Positions 19,415-29,725 of a stretch of 64,000 bases of DNA are shown here, in pieces. The stretch is from an uncultured bacterium (GTDB lineage: Bacteria; Chloroflexota; UBA5177; JANWHV01). The stretch covers positions 1,216,001 through 1,280,000 of the forward strand of contig CAVSOU010000010.1 in assembly GCA_963729625.1 (NCBI GenBank), written 5' to 3'. How positions within the stretch are numbered: position 1 is the stretch's first letter; every line of letters starts with the position of its first letter. The notes under the pieces are model-generated. The model was not told where the DNA came from and made no database searches. It saw only the letters and a list, made by a program, of their open reading frames with translations. The translations under genes were made by a program, and so were the position numbers.

Positions 19415-22333
19415 ATGGTTCAGAGCGGCAGGGATCGACTACTTCCCGACTTCCAGCGCAACCCGGCCTACGGCGCGGGCGGCGCGCCTGTCATCACACA
19501 GTACGACTTCTCCGGTGACGGAGTTAACGCCACCACGGCCGGCGGCGAGGCGTTCCTCGACGCCAGCTCGATCGCGGCCCAGGGCAACACCGCCTACAAC
19601 CTGGCCCAGTTCGTCGCCGCTCCGCAGGCGGCGCGCTTGCCTGCGTCCGGCTGCTGGATCAAGATCGTCGGAGCGGCTCCCGGCGCCAGCGTCATGGCGC
19701 TCAAGGTATTTGCCGAGAACGACGACACGACCGAGTCCGGGTTTCTCCAGGCCATCCAGTATGCCGTGCAGCACGGCGTTAAGGTCATCAACCAGTCGTT
19801 CGGCGCCACCAACTTCCCGGACACCGTGCAGGACGTCACCCGCGCGGCGGACGACGCCGCCGTGGCGGCCGGAGTGACCGTCGTGGTGAGCACAGGCGAC
19901 GCCGGCAATACCAGCACCATCGGCTCGCCATCCAGCGACCCTAACGTGATCAGCGTCGGAGGCACGACGACGTTCCGCTCCTACGCGCAGGACAACTTCG
20001 GCGGTTTCTACAACCCGTCGGTCGGCAACGGACGCTGGGTGGACAACAACATCTCGTCGCTCTCGTCCGGTGGCTTCACTCAGGCCGGCAACACCATCGA
20101 CCTGGTCGCCCCCGGTGACCTCAACTGGGCGCTTTGCTCCACGAGTATCGGCTCGTACTACGAGTGCACCTCCGACACTGGAGCTCCGAGCCCCATCCAG
20201 CTGTCCGGAGGGACCAGCGAGTCGTCGCCGCTGACGGCGGCAGCCGCCGCCGACGTCATCCAGGCCTACACGCAAGCCCACGGCGCCAATCCGTCACCCG
20301 CGCTCGTGAAGCAAATCCTGATGAGCACGGCCACGGACATCGGTGCTCCCGCCGCCGAGCAGGGTGCCGGGCTGATCAATATCCAGGCCGCCGTGAAGCT
20401 GGCAGCTTCACTGCCTGGCGCGCGCACTGGACCGCCAGCAGGCAGCATACTCGTCAGCCCGGGCCAGGTCAACTTCGTGGCTTCGCCCAACACCCCGCAG
20501 AGCCAGCAGATCTCGGTCACCAATCCCGGATCGGTTCCTGCCTTCGTCGGGCTATCCACGCGGGCACTCACCGATAAGGTCGCGGACACTGGTCTCCAGA
20601 CGTTCAACCTTGACCCCGGCAACCCCACCAGCAACACCGGGACCATGCAGATCTGGAGCGGCGTCACCGAGGTGTACCAGACGGAGACCTTTATCGTCCC
20701 CAGAACTCACCCCTGGACGACGTCGCGGCTGCTCTTCTCCGCCGACTATCAGTACACGGGCCAGACCTCGCTGCCGCACATCGCCCTGTTCGAACCAGAC
20801 GGCACGTACGCAGGCTATACGTTGCCCCAGGGGCTCGGCAACTTCGAAGAAGCGGAAGTGGCCAATCCGCCGGCCGGCACGTGGACGGCAGTGATCTTTA
20901 CTGGCCAGACCACGACAACAGGTATCGTCGGCACCAGTGGCCCAGTGCAGTGGGATGCCAGCACGTGGGAGTTCGACCGGGGCGGGTCGATCAACCCGCC
21001 ATTCCTGGTCATCCCGCCTGGGCGGACGGCCACGGCGACGCTCCGTCTGACCACTCCCTCCGCGGCAGGCGACACCGCCCAGTCGATTGTCATTTCCTCG
21101 CTGGGCGGCCAGACGACTGTCCCCGTCACCGTACGGTCGACCATCCCGGTAGACCCGATCAGCGGCGGCACGTTCAGCGGAATGCTCACCGGCGGCAACG
21201 GCCGTTCCGGGGTCCAGGCACAGAGCAACTCCTATACCTTCACCGTACCCGCGGGCAAGACGGACATGGACGTCAGCGTGGCGCTGGCAAGCGACCCATG
21301 CCAGGAGCTGATCGCCTACCTCGTCGACCCGCACGGCCAGACCGTCGGCTACTCGAGCAACTTCACCTACGGCCTGACGACTACCAGCTGCCCCAACACT
21401 CCCGGTACTGCCGGTGAGGCGACACGGTACGCCCAGCTGTATCACCTGGCCCCGGAGCCCGGGCAGTGGTCGCTTTTGCTGTATTGGGCCAATCCGGTGA
21501 GCGGCAACGAGCTCCAGGAGCAGTTCACCGGTTCTATCAAGTTCAACCAGGTGCGTGTTTCCAGCACGCTGCCGACCTCGGCCGCCACCACCGTTCCGTT
21601 GGCAGGCGGCCCCTACAAGGTCAACGTCAAGAACACCGGAGTGGCTCCCGAGGCCTTCTTCGTGGACGCCAGGCTGTACGGCCAGACCGCCACGGTTCCC
21701 TTGCCGAATTGGAACCCAAGTGTGACGGCCGGCAACTTCCAGATCCCGCTTCCACCGGGCGCCTACTACCCGTACTACCTCGTGCCCACCCACACTACCC
21801 AGCTGCAGGCCAACCTCTCGCGGCTCAGCGGTAGCCAACCGGTCACCTTCGACCTGCAGTACTTCCCCGGAGACCCGGACGTCTCTCCAAACCAGGCCGC
21901 GCCGGGTGTAGCGAATACGTCCAGTGCCGACGGATCCTCCGCCGGCCTCACGTTGGCCGAAACGCCGGAGGTCAGCCCGGGCCTCTGGCTGCTAAACCCT
22001 GCCGAGTTTGGTCCATACCCGTCCGGAGGCGCCACCCCCGAGTATGCCAGCGCCAATCTGTCTGCCGTCACGGAAGCCTTCGACCCGGCGGTGACGTCGG
22101 GCACGGACAACTTCTGGAAGCTGGGTTTCGCTGCAGGCAACTTCCTGCTCCTGCTGCCCGGCCAGACCGGCACGATCAATGTCCAGGTAAAGCCGACGGC
22201 CAGCCCGGGCGCCGTCGTCTCGGGAACGCTCTACGTGGACGACATCACGCTGGCCGCCTTCAGCACGTACAACGCCTTGCCCAATGGCGATGAGCTTGCT
22301 GCCATCCCGTACCAGTACACCGTCGGGAGCTAA
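19415..22333 (+). CDS. S8 subtilase-like peptidase with C-terminal beta-sandwich domains, apparently 5'-truncated
   Basis: GAAPGASVMALKVF, VINQSFG, STGDAG, DLVAPG, GGTSESSP, ILMSTATD, QGAGLINI; no signal peptide, propeptide or first Asp motif. Confidence 0.8.
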   Translation: MVQSGRDRLLPDFQRNPAYGAGGAPVITQYDFSGDGVNATTAGGEAFLDASSIAAQGNTAYNLAQFVAAPQAARLPASGCWIKIVGAAPGASVMALKVFAENDDTTESGFLQAIQYAVQHGVKVINQSFGATNFPDTVQDVTRAADDAAVAAGVTVVVSTGDAGNTSTIGSPSSDPNVISVGGTTTFRSYAQDNFGGFYNPSVGNGRWVDNNISSLSSGGFTQAGNTIDLVAPGDLNWALCSTSIGSYYECTSDTGAPSPIQLSGGTSESSPLTAAAAADVIQAYTQAHGANPSPALVKQILMSTATDIGAPAAEQGAGLINIQAAVKLAASLPGARTGPPAGSILVSPGQVNFVASPNTPQSQQISVTNPGSVPAFVGLSTRALTDKVADTGLQTFNLDPGNPTSNTGTMQIWSGVTEVYQTETFIVPRTHPWTTSRLLFSADYQYTGQTSLPHIALFEPDGTYAGYTLPQGLGNFEEAEVANPPAGTWTAVIFTGQTTTTGIVGTSGPVQWDASTWEFDRGGSINPPFLVIPPGRTATATLRLTTPSAAGDTAQSIVISSLGGQTTVPVTVRSTIPVDPISGGTFSGMLTGGNGRSGVQAQSNSYTFTVPAGKTDMDVSVALASDPCQELIAYLVDPHGQTVGYSSNFTYGLTTTSCPNTPGTAGEATRYAQLYHLAPEPGQWSLLLYWANPVSGNELQEQFTGSIKFNQVRVSSTLPTSAATTVPLAGGPYKVNVKNTGVAPEAFFVDARLYGQTATVPLPNWNPSVTAGNFQIPLPPGAYYPYYLVPTHTTQLQANLSRLSGSQPVTFDLQYFPGDPDVSPNQAAPGVANTSSADGSSAGLTLAETPEVSPGLWLLNPAEFGPYPSGGATPEYASANLSAVTEAFDPAVTSGTDNFWKLGFAAGNFLLLLPGQTGTINVQVKPTASPGAVVSGTLYVDDITLAAFSTYNALPNGDELAAIPYQYTVGS

Positions 22334-22361
22334 GTCTAGACGGAGCGACGAGCTATGCACA

Positions 22362-22398
22362 AACGGGAGGGGTAGGCGTTCGGCCCGCCCCTCCCGTT
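22362..22398. terminator. Hairpin between the convergent S8 and aqpZ genes
   Basis: AACGGGAGGGG...CCCCTCCCGTT inverted repeat. Confidence 0.65.
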
Positions 22399-22562
22399 GG
22401 TCCGCGTGGACCCGCTCCATTCCCATCCGTTCAGGCTGCCCTTGAGGCTTCCGTCCGACCCCTGAGCGCCGAGCACCATGTCGAACAGCTACGAGAACGA
22501 GCTGTCGACACCACGCTGCACTGGCATCCTGAGCACGCCAGGTTGTCTTTGAAAACTGATTG

Positions 22563-23315
22563 TTACCGTTTCGCTCTCTGGCTTGGCAAGGCCTGCTCCG
22601 CTTGCTGCACACTGAGGGGAGTTTCGGCTGGTCGCATCGCGCGATACACGATCGATGCCAGTGCCCCTCCGCCGAGCGGCGCCACGCTGAACAGCCAGAG
22701 CTCCTGCAGCGCCCAGCCGCCCACAAAGAGCGCCGGTCCAATGCTCCGGGCTGGATTCACCGACGTATTATCCACCGGGATGCCGACCAGGTGAATCAGC
22801 GTCAGCACCAGGCCGATCGCCAGTCCGGCGAAACCGACTGGCGCCAGTCGATCCGTCGCGCCGAGCACAGTAAGCACCAGAAAGAACGTCAGGACGACTT
22901 CCACGAGCAAGGCCGATCCCAGCGAGTACTGTCCGGGTGAGTGCGCGCCGAACCCGTTCGCTCCAAAGCCAGCGGTGCCGGGATCGTAGCCCGTCGGCAC
23001 GCCTTTGGCCACGATCAGCAGCACTGCTGCCGCCAGAATGGCGCCAAGCACCTGCGCCACCAGATAGCCGGGCACATCCTGCACCTTCATCTTGTTGCTC
23101 AGCCACACGCCCACCGTCACCGCGGGATTCACGTGGCAGCCCGAGATTGGTCCGATTGTGTAGACCATCGCGAGCAGGGACAGGCCGAAGGCAAAAGCGA
23201 CACCAACATTGCCGATGTGCGGCCCTGCCAGGACGGCACTGCCAACGCCGCCGAACACGAGCACGAACGTTCCCACAAACTCCGCCATGTACTTCTGCAA
23301 AGACTGGCTGGACAT
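22563..23315 (-). CDS. aqpZ: Aquaporin Z (MIP family)
   Basis: AEFVGTFVLVFGG, SGCHVNPAVT, NTSVNPARS. Confidence 0.92.
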   Translation of the reverse strand: MSSQSLQKYMAEFVGTFVLVFGGVGSAVLAGPHIGNVGVAFAFGLSLLAMVYTIGPISGCHVNPAVTVGVWLSNKMKVQDVPGYLVAQVLGAILAAAVLLIVAKGVPTGYDPGTAGFGANGFGAHSPGQYSLGSALLVEVVLTFFLVLTVLGATDRLAPVGFAGLAIGLVLTLIHLVGIPVDNTSVNPARSIGPALFVGGWALQELWLFSVAPLGGGALASIVYRAMRPAETPLSVQQAEQALPSQRAKR

Positions 23316-23620
23316 TCTGCGTTCTCCCCCTCTCGTCTGGCCGCATTCGCGTCCTATGGTCTCCGCGCTTGTTGACCGCCCGTTGATCCGCGCGCATCCA
23401 TCGACGTCCAGTTCCCGGTCCATCGTACCTGAAACGATACCGTCCGGAACCGTGAGAAGTACACTACAAGGACACGGCTGTCACCCCTGCAGTTCGCGTG
23501 GGAGGGCTCGCCGCGCCAGTTGTTCGTGTCGACCTTCGTTGTTGCGAGCGCCGCGGCGGTCATGGGCGCGTTCGGTCGCCGAGCCCTGGATGGTCCCGGC
23601 ATAGGTGAAGGAGTCAGCAA

Positions 23621-24220
23621 ATGAGCATCTCGGCGGAAGAATTCAGCAAGGGCTTGACCTACGAAGCGTACATGGCCCAGATCACGCGGAACCGTGAACG
23701 CTTTCTCGCCAATGAGCAACGATTCGAGCCCGATCCGGCGGATCTGGCGGTGTTCCAGAGCCTGCCGGCGCCATTGCACGTGCTGGTCATTGCCGAGGAC
23801 TGGTGCGGCGACGTCGTGGACAACCTGCCCGTTCTCGGCCGATTGGCCGCCAAGAGCGGAAAGCTGGACCTGAGGGTGTTCCCGCGTGACCAAAACCTCG
23901 ATCTGATGGATCGCTATCTCAACCAGGGAAAGTTCCGCTCGATCCCTGTGTTCGTCCTCCTCGACGATCGGTTCCAGGAGCTTGGCAGGTTCGTCGAGCG
24001 GCCGGTCAGCGTGACTGAGCGCCGCGCCCGGTTCAAGCAGGAGTACTTCGGCCGGCATCCCGAGCTCGGATCGCCCGACACGCCTGTCGATCAATTGCCT
24101 GAGGAGCCGCGTGTGCGCTACATGCAGGAGCTCGCGAAACAGCGCGAGGAATGGAAGCCTCTGGACGAGCGGGATGTCGTGCTGGCGCTGCGCTATATCG
24201 TCGAACGCGCCGTGGCCTAG
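23621..24220 (+). CDS. Thioredoxin-fold protein (Thioredoxin_9-like)
   Basis: VLVIAEDWCGDV, RDQNLDLMDRYL, RSIPVFV; AAGGAG RBS. Confidence 0.85.
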   Translation: MSISAEEFSKGLTYEAYMAQITRNRERFLANEQRFEPDPADLAVFQSLPAPLHVLVIAEDWCGDVVDNLPVLGRLAAKSGKLDLRVFPRDQNLDLMDRYLNQGKFRSIPVFVLLDDRFQELGRFVERPVSVTERRARFKQEYFGRHPELGSPDTPVDQLPEEPRVRYMQELAKQREEWKPLDERDVVLALRYIVERAVA

Positions 24221-24262
24221 TCAGTGAAAGCTAGAAGCGCCAACATGGGTTGGGACGGCGCC

Positions 24263-24550
24263 ATGACGCACCGGCCAATAAAGGTGACCATCGCGTATTG
24301 CAGTGAGTGCGGTTACCAGCCGCAGACTCTCGAGCTTGCTGGGGCTCTGCTCAACGAGTTTGTCTATGGACTCTCGTCGGTGGAGCTGATTCCATGGCAC
24401 GAAGGCACGTTCGAGGTGTCCGTCGACGGCCAGCTGATCCATTCGATGGCCCGGGAAGGAGGCTTCCCCGACCCCGCGACGATAGTGGCGGCAGTCCACG
24501 ATAGGCTGGGTACCGGCTCAGTGCCCCACGCGAACGAAAGTCCGAGCTAG
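24263..24550 (+). CDS. Rdx (SelT/SelW/SelH-like) protein
   Basis: IAYCSECGY, GTFEVSVDG, GGFPD. Confidence 0.85.
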   Translation: MTHRPIKVTIAYCSECGYQPQTLELAGALLNEFVYGLSSVELIPWHEGTFEVSVDGQLIHSMAREGGFPDPATIVAAVHDRLGTGSVPHANESPS

Positions 24551-24680
24551 AGAAGTCCCTAAACACTGTGTCCGCGCGTCGTCTTGAACCAGCACCGGGC
24601 ACAACGCCGTCGCGGTCGAGAATTCGACGACATGACAAGCCTCGACATGACGCAGCCTGCCGACACGTCGCCACGCGGTT

Positions 24681-25850
24681 TCATGCGCGGGCAGTCGGCG
24701 TCGCGGATGCGACCTGCCGCGCGACCTGGTTGGTGACTACTGCGAGGACTATCAGGACGCCGACCGTTGCATACGCCGTGTCGATGCCCACGCGATCGGC
24801 CAGCCCACCAAGCAACAATGGCACGACGCCTATCGCCGTTCCCGAGGCAAGGGTTGCCCTGGCGCTCGCCAGGGCGCTCCGGCCGGGCGCGGTGTCGAGG
24901 GCCTGCGCGAGAGCCAGGGGATACAGCGTGGCGATGCCGATGCCGGTAACAAAGAGCCCAAGGAGCCGCACTGCCGTGATCCCGACCAGCCAGTATATCG
25001 GGAAGCCCACGGCAGTCACTGCGAGGGCCGGCAAGATCATGACTTCTGCCCTGAACACACGCGTAAGCCGGCTTCCCGCAAAACGGCCAACGACCATGGC
25101 GACAAGAAACACGCTGACGAGAGCCGCCGCGGTTTCCTTTTGCACACCTGCGACTACGTGCAGGAAGTCCGCCGTCCAGTAGATCGTCGTGAATTCCAGT
25201 GACACGCAGCAGACGAGCAACAGCCAATATGCCCAGTAGGCGGCCGGCAGCGAACCGCCCCGCAGCGGTTCGCTGCTGGAGATGGAAGCCGGCGGCGTGT
25301 CGAGGCCCTGAAGGCGGCGGACAACGGGCACAAGCAACAGACCGCCGAGCAAGAAGGCCGTGCGCCAGCCAAACGCGGTGCGCGCAAGTGCGCCGACGAC
25401 CAGAGGCGCGATCACCGCGCAGGTGCTTGAGAGCACATTTGCCTCATTGAGCCCAACGGCGCTGAGCGGGCCTTGCTCGTCGGCGATGATGGCAGGCACG
25501 AGAACAAGGACGAGCGTTCCAAGGCCGCCCATCAGCAGGGCGCCGCTCAGGGTGACTGCCGCCGCGCGTCCGGCAACCAGGAGTACGCTGCCTGCTACCA
25601 GACCGCAGAGGCCGTACACCATGGTGTCACGGCGGCCGAAACGGTGTGTCGCACTGTCGCCCAGCAGGCCGGCGGCGACCATGCCCAGCGCAAAAGCGCT
25701 CGAGTGCAGGCTGCCCGCCGCGTAGCTGAGGTGCAGATCGGACCGCAGGAACGGCATCACCGGCCCGAGTCCATTGATGACATAGCCGTAGTAACCCAGG
25801 GCCAGGTAAGCCAGCCAGGTCCGCTGTGACCGAACGAAGGATCGCTGCAC
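24681..25850 (-). CDS. MFS transporter
   Basis: About 12 hydrophobic helices, GDSATHRFGRR motif A, GGLADRVG; GTG start after GAGG. Confidence 0.88.
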   Translation of the reverse strand: MQRSFVRSQRTWLAYLALGYYGYVINGLGPVMPFLRSDLHLSYAAGSLHSSAFALGMVAAGLLGDSATHRFGRRDTMVYGLCGLVAGSVLLVAGRAAAVTLSGALLMGGLGTLVLVLVPAIIADEQGPLSAVGLNEANVLSSTCAVIAPLVVGALARTAFGWRTAFLLGGLLLVPVVRRLQGLDTPPASISSSEPLRGGSLPAAYWAYWLLLVCCVSLEFTTIYWTADFLHVVAGVQKETAAALVSVFLVAMVVGRFAGSRLTRVFRAEVMILPALAVTAVGFPIYWLVGITAVRLLGLFVTGIGIATLYPLALAQALDTAPGRSALASARATLASGTAIGVVPLLLGGLADRVGIDTAYATVGVLIVLAVVTNQVARQVASATPTARA

Positions 25851-26530
25851 TTCAGCCTCGGATCCCCGAGAGTCAGCCCAACTCGATCCTGCTCTCCGGC
25901 AAGGCCTGCCCAGCGCCCGCGCAAAGGGCGTGCGACGACCGAGCCCGCGACGCTCGAGCGGCGTGCAATCCAAGTGGCAATCATGTGGTGAGGGGGGGAG
26001 GGTGGGATAAGGGAAGATGAGTTTTAATATTTTCATCAAAGCGATGAGAGGTGGTGTGCTGGCTAAGGTGAAGAAGGTATTCAATATGTGGCTCTTTATT
26101 GTGGAGTGAGCGCGTTCCCTTGAGATCTTCAGGTCGCCACCGCACATGAAAGCGGTCCGACGACGAGCCGGCCGCAGTCGGTTTCGCTCTGCGCTCGCCG
26201 CAGCTGGTAGGCCCGCTCGTACCTCAAGCATGATGCGCAGGAGGCGCGGGCGGCGGTCAAACCACCCTTGCTCCGAACCGGCTCGATTGCCATTGCGCAC
26301 GTCTCTGCGATTGCTCTTTGCAGGATGGCAGCGTTCGTCAGAGAGGGTGTTGAATCCGTCTCTTGAGCCAGGCACCATGTTCGGGATACAGTAGTTGCAC
26401 GCGATCTAACAGATTGTCCGCGGTACCTCGGCGCCGGCAGACGGCAGCAGGCCGGGCGCTCCCGGGAAGAGGTCCGGAAGGACCTTCGCCTGAAGCAGTA
26501 ATCGGCCCACAGTGTGACGAGGAGTAGTCG

Positions 26531-27651
26531 ATGACCCACCGAGAACGTGTGCTCGCCATACTGAGCTACGCCGCCTACGATAGGCTGCCGCTCGTACATT
26601 TCGGCTTCTGGGAGGAGACGCTTGAAAAGTGGCGGGTAGAGGGGCATCTCACGGACGAAGAAGCCTCCGGCTGGGCGGACGGCAACGAATTGGACCGGGC
26701 CATCTCGGCGAAGCTTGGCTTCGATTTCGACTGGGCGTACCACTATGCCGGCGTAACCGGGTTGTATCCACCCTTTGAGGAGCGCGTGGTGGAGGAGCGT
26801 TCGGACGGTACCTATCTGCTGCAGAACGTTGACGGCGTGATCGTGCTGCAGAAGACCGGTGTGCGATCGATTCCCGCCGAAATGGACCACCTGCTCAAGG
26901 ATCAGCCAGTTGGGAAGAGCATTACCTGCCGCGCCTGCAGTACACATCGGACCGGGTAGACGCGCTGATGGCAGCAGAGATGCTGCGGAATGCTGCACGT
27001 GACGGTCTCGCCATCGGCATCCACTGCGGCAGTCTGTTTGGCAAGATCCGGGAGTGGTGCGGCCTGGTCGGCCTCAGCTACATCGCTGCCGACGACGAGG
27101 ATCTCTTCGAAGAGATGATCGATGTCACTGCGAACGTGTGCTACAGAAGTGACGGAGCAGGTGCTGGCCACTGGCGCGCGCTTCGATTTCGGGCACTTCT
27201 GGGAGGACATCTGCTTCAGGAGCGGTCCACTCGTCAATCCCTCCGTGTTCGACCGCAAGGTCGGTCCCCACTACGCGCGGATAGTGCAGCTGCTCAATGA
27301 CCACGGTGTCACCATCGTAAGCCTCGATTGCGACGGCAAGATCGACGCGGCTGATTCGCACCTGGCTGCACGCCGGAGTGAACACGATGTTCCGATTGAA
27401 GTGGGCACCTGGAACGCCAGCATCGCTCCCTGGCGCGAGCAGTACGGCCCGCAACTCCTCGAGGGTGGGTGGGCATGGACAAGCGAGTCTTCGCGCACGA
27501 CCGTGCCGCAATCGACGTCGAGATCGAGCGGCTTCGCACGTTGGTGGCGCTAGGCGGGTACATCCCCTGTCCCGACCATCGGATCGCCCCGGATGCCGAT
27601 TGGGACAATGTGCGGTACTACTGCGACCGCATGCGGCAGGTATTCGGCTAA
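26531..27651 (+). pseudogene. Uroporphyrinogen decarboxylase/MtaA-like family gene, frameshifted
   Basis: MTHRER...DRLP, WEDICFRSGPLVNP, SLDCDG, PIEVG, GGYIPCPDHRI spread over at least 4 frames. Confidence 0.8.
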
Positions 27652-27721
27652 TGGGAGGGGGTCGAGTCGCGCGAAGAAGTGCGGCTGGTGACGATACGTC
27701 GCGCCGACATGCGCTACGGCC

Positions 27722-28517
27722 ATGGATGCTGTAGCCCTGGCGCTTGTTCTGGCGGCCGGCTTTTTCCATGCTGCCTGGAACCTGCTCTTGCACGACACGG
27801 GCGATCGCGTGGCGACCATGGCGGTGGCCGGACTGATCGGCGGCATGCTGTTGCTACCGGCTGCCGCTGTTGCGTCGCCGATTCAGGTGCTCCCGCTTAT
27901 TCTCGTGTCTGCCTGTGCGGAGGCAGCGTAAGCGCTATGCCTGGCGGCAGCATATCAGAGAGGAGCGCTCTCGATGGCCTATCCTATCGGCCGTGGCGTG
28001 GCCCCGCTCCTGGTTACGCTGGGCGGCTGGACGTTGCTCACGCAAAGGCCCTCGCCGCTGGCAGTAGGTGCCGCGATGTCTCTGTATCAGACTGCTGCTC
28101 GTGGCCACGGATGGCCGGGACACGGGCGATCGCGCGGCGATAGCCTTTGCCGTGGCGATGGGTTGCATGATCGCGCTGTACTCGCTCGTTGATGCGCGAG
28201 CCGTTCGGCAGGTTTCGCCGGCAGGGTATCTCTCGATCGTCTTGATCGTGCAGGGTGTGGTTCTCAGCCTGTGCCTGCGTGCATCGCTGCCTCGACTGCG
28301 CCAATCGCTGCGCTTGGGCAGCGCCGTGGCCGCCGGTTCCGTGGCAGCATACCTGCTCGTGCTGCTGGCATTCCAACGTGCCAACGCCGGGCATGTCGCC
28401 ACGGTACGCGAGGCCTCGGTGCTGATCGGCCTGCTCTTGGCGCGCGAGCGGATCGCCTGGCGTACCTGGACCGGTGCCGCGCTAATCGTGGCAGGGGCGG
28501 TGGCGGCGGCCTTCTAG
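27722..28517 (+). pseudogene. EamA/DMT transporter, disrupted
   Basis: FFHAAWNLL, AYPIGRGVAP, IALYSLVD, VREASVL; TAA at 27929-27931 and a frameshift near 28070. Confidence 0.8.
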
Positions 28518-28794
28518 CGCCGGCGCGACACGTTGGCGCCGCAGTCGTTCGGCGACTGGCGGCTATCCGGCCGTTCATGAAGGCCGTCCGCGTCTACCAT
28601 CGGCGGCAGTTCCCGGCGTCGAGGCTGATTGTGCAGCACCTGCAATGCAATGCCCAGCGACGGGTATCATCTTCGGCTGCGGCGAAGGTCCGCCGACGCG
28701 CCGCGAGCGGCGTCGCGTGGTTCCTGCTACAGTGAATGCGCGAACCGTCGCCGGCGCCGGCCTGCGTACGACACAGGAGCGAAGGGAGAACGCC

Positions 28795-29274
28795 ATGACC
28801 CCACTGATAGAGGCACTGCTCGACCGATTGCGGTTTGTTCATTCTGAGGCGCGAACCGTCCTCGAAGCTCTGCTCGCAAACTCCCTCGACTGGGTTCCCG
28901 GGCCGGGCATGAACTCAGTCTGTGTCACGGTCGTGCATCTGATCGGGGCGGAGCGCTTCTTGCTCGGCGATGTGGCAAGCGCCGATCCCTCTGGTCGGGA
29001 TCGCGATGCGGAGTTCACGGCGAGCGGGCTCGGCGCCGAGAACTTCCTCGAGAGACTCGCGCAGGCGGACGCGTATGCCGAGAAGGCGCTCGGCAGCCTC
29101 GATCCCGCCCAATTGGGGACGATCCGGCGTCTGCCGATCCATGGTAGCGAAATCTCTGTGGCATGGGCTGTCGCGCACGCTGTGGAGCACGGCGCACTGC
29201 ACGTGGGGCACCTGCAGATGATCCGACAGCTCTGGGAGCAGTCGAGAAACGCCGGCACGCCGCAGACCGCGTGA
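28795..29274 (+). CDS. DinB/YfiT family protein (copy 1)
   Basis: NSVCVTVVHLIGAE, RDRDAEF, HAVEHGALHVGHLQ His triad. Confidence 0.88.
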   Translation: MTPLIEALLDRLRFVHSEARTVLEALLANSLDWVPGPGMNSVCVTVVHLIGAERFLLGDVASADPSGRDRDAEFTASGLGAENFLERLAQADAYAEKALGSLDPAQLGTIRRLPIHGSEISVAWAVAHAVEHGALHVGHLQMIRQLWEQSRNAGTPQTA

Positions 29275-29628
29275 GCTGAGCGCGACCTTGCTGTCGGATT
29301 GCCGACATGGCGACCGTGTCCTCGAGTCGACTCGAAACATGCTGCCGCGTCCGGTCAGGCTCGTCGCCGCCCCATCCTTGACGCGGGTAGCTCCGCCATG
29401 GACCTCAGATCTTCATGGTCCACGAACCATCACCGCGCATGAATACGTCGATCGCCCGCCGACAGCCGGCGTGCCCACGCCGATGGCGGGGATCCTTCCG
29501 CGGCCCGATGCGCGAGTGATCCGCGGATCGGGGGGCAGTTTGCTACCTCAGTCCATCGAGAGATCTCTGCAACTGCATGAGCTCACCGTGCAACCCGCGA
29601 CGCCCTCGATCGTAGCGTCGATCGCATG

Positions 29629-29702
29629 TTGACAGGGGCAGAGAACACGAGTATAGTAGTACAAGACTGAACGTTCAACTGAACGATGAGCTGAACGTTC
29701 TA
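29629..29702 (+). promoter_or_regulatory. Sigma70 promoter plus LacI-type operator array
   Basis: TTGACA (29629), 17-bp spacer, TATAGT (29652); palindrome TGAACGTTCA at 29668-29677; CTGAACG at 29667, 29679 and 29691. Confidence 0.8.
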
Positions 29703-29725
29703 AGAGACGGCCCGCGGAGGGGACG

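Noticed and set aside
24263-24550. Possible selenoprotein (SelW-like)
   Set aside because: The motif is CxxC encoded by TGC codons; no in-frame TGA or SECIS is evident.
26280-26530. Possible cobalamin riboswitch upstream of the UroD/MtaA-like gene
   Set aside because: The conserved B12-box and core motifs could not be located.
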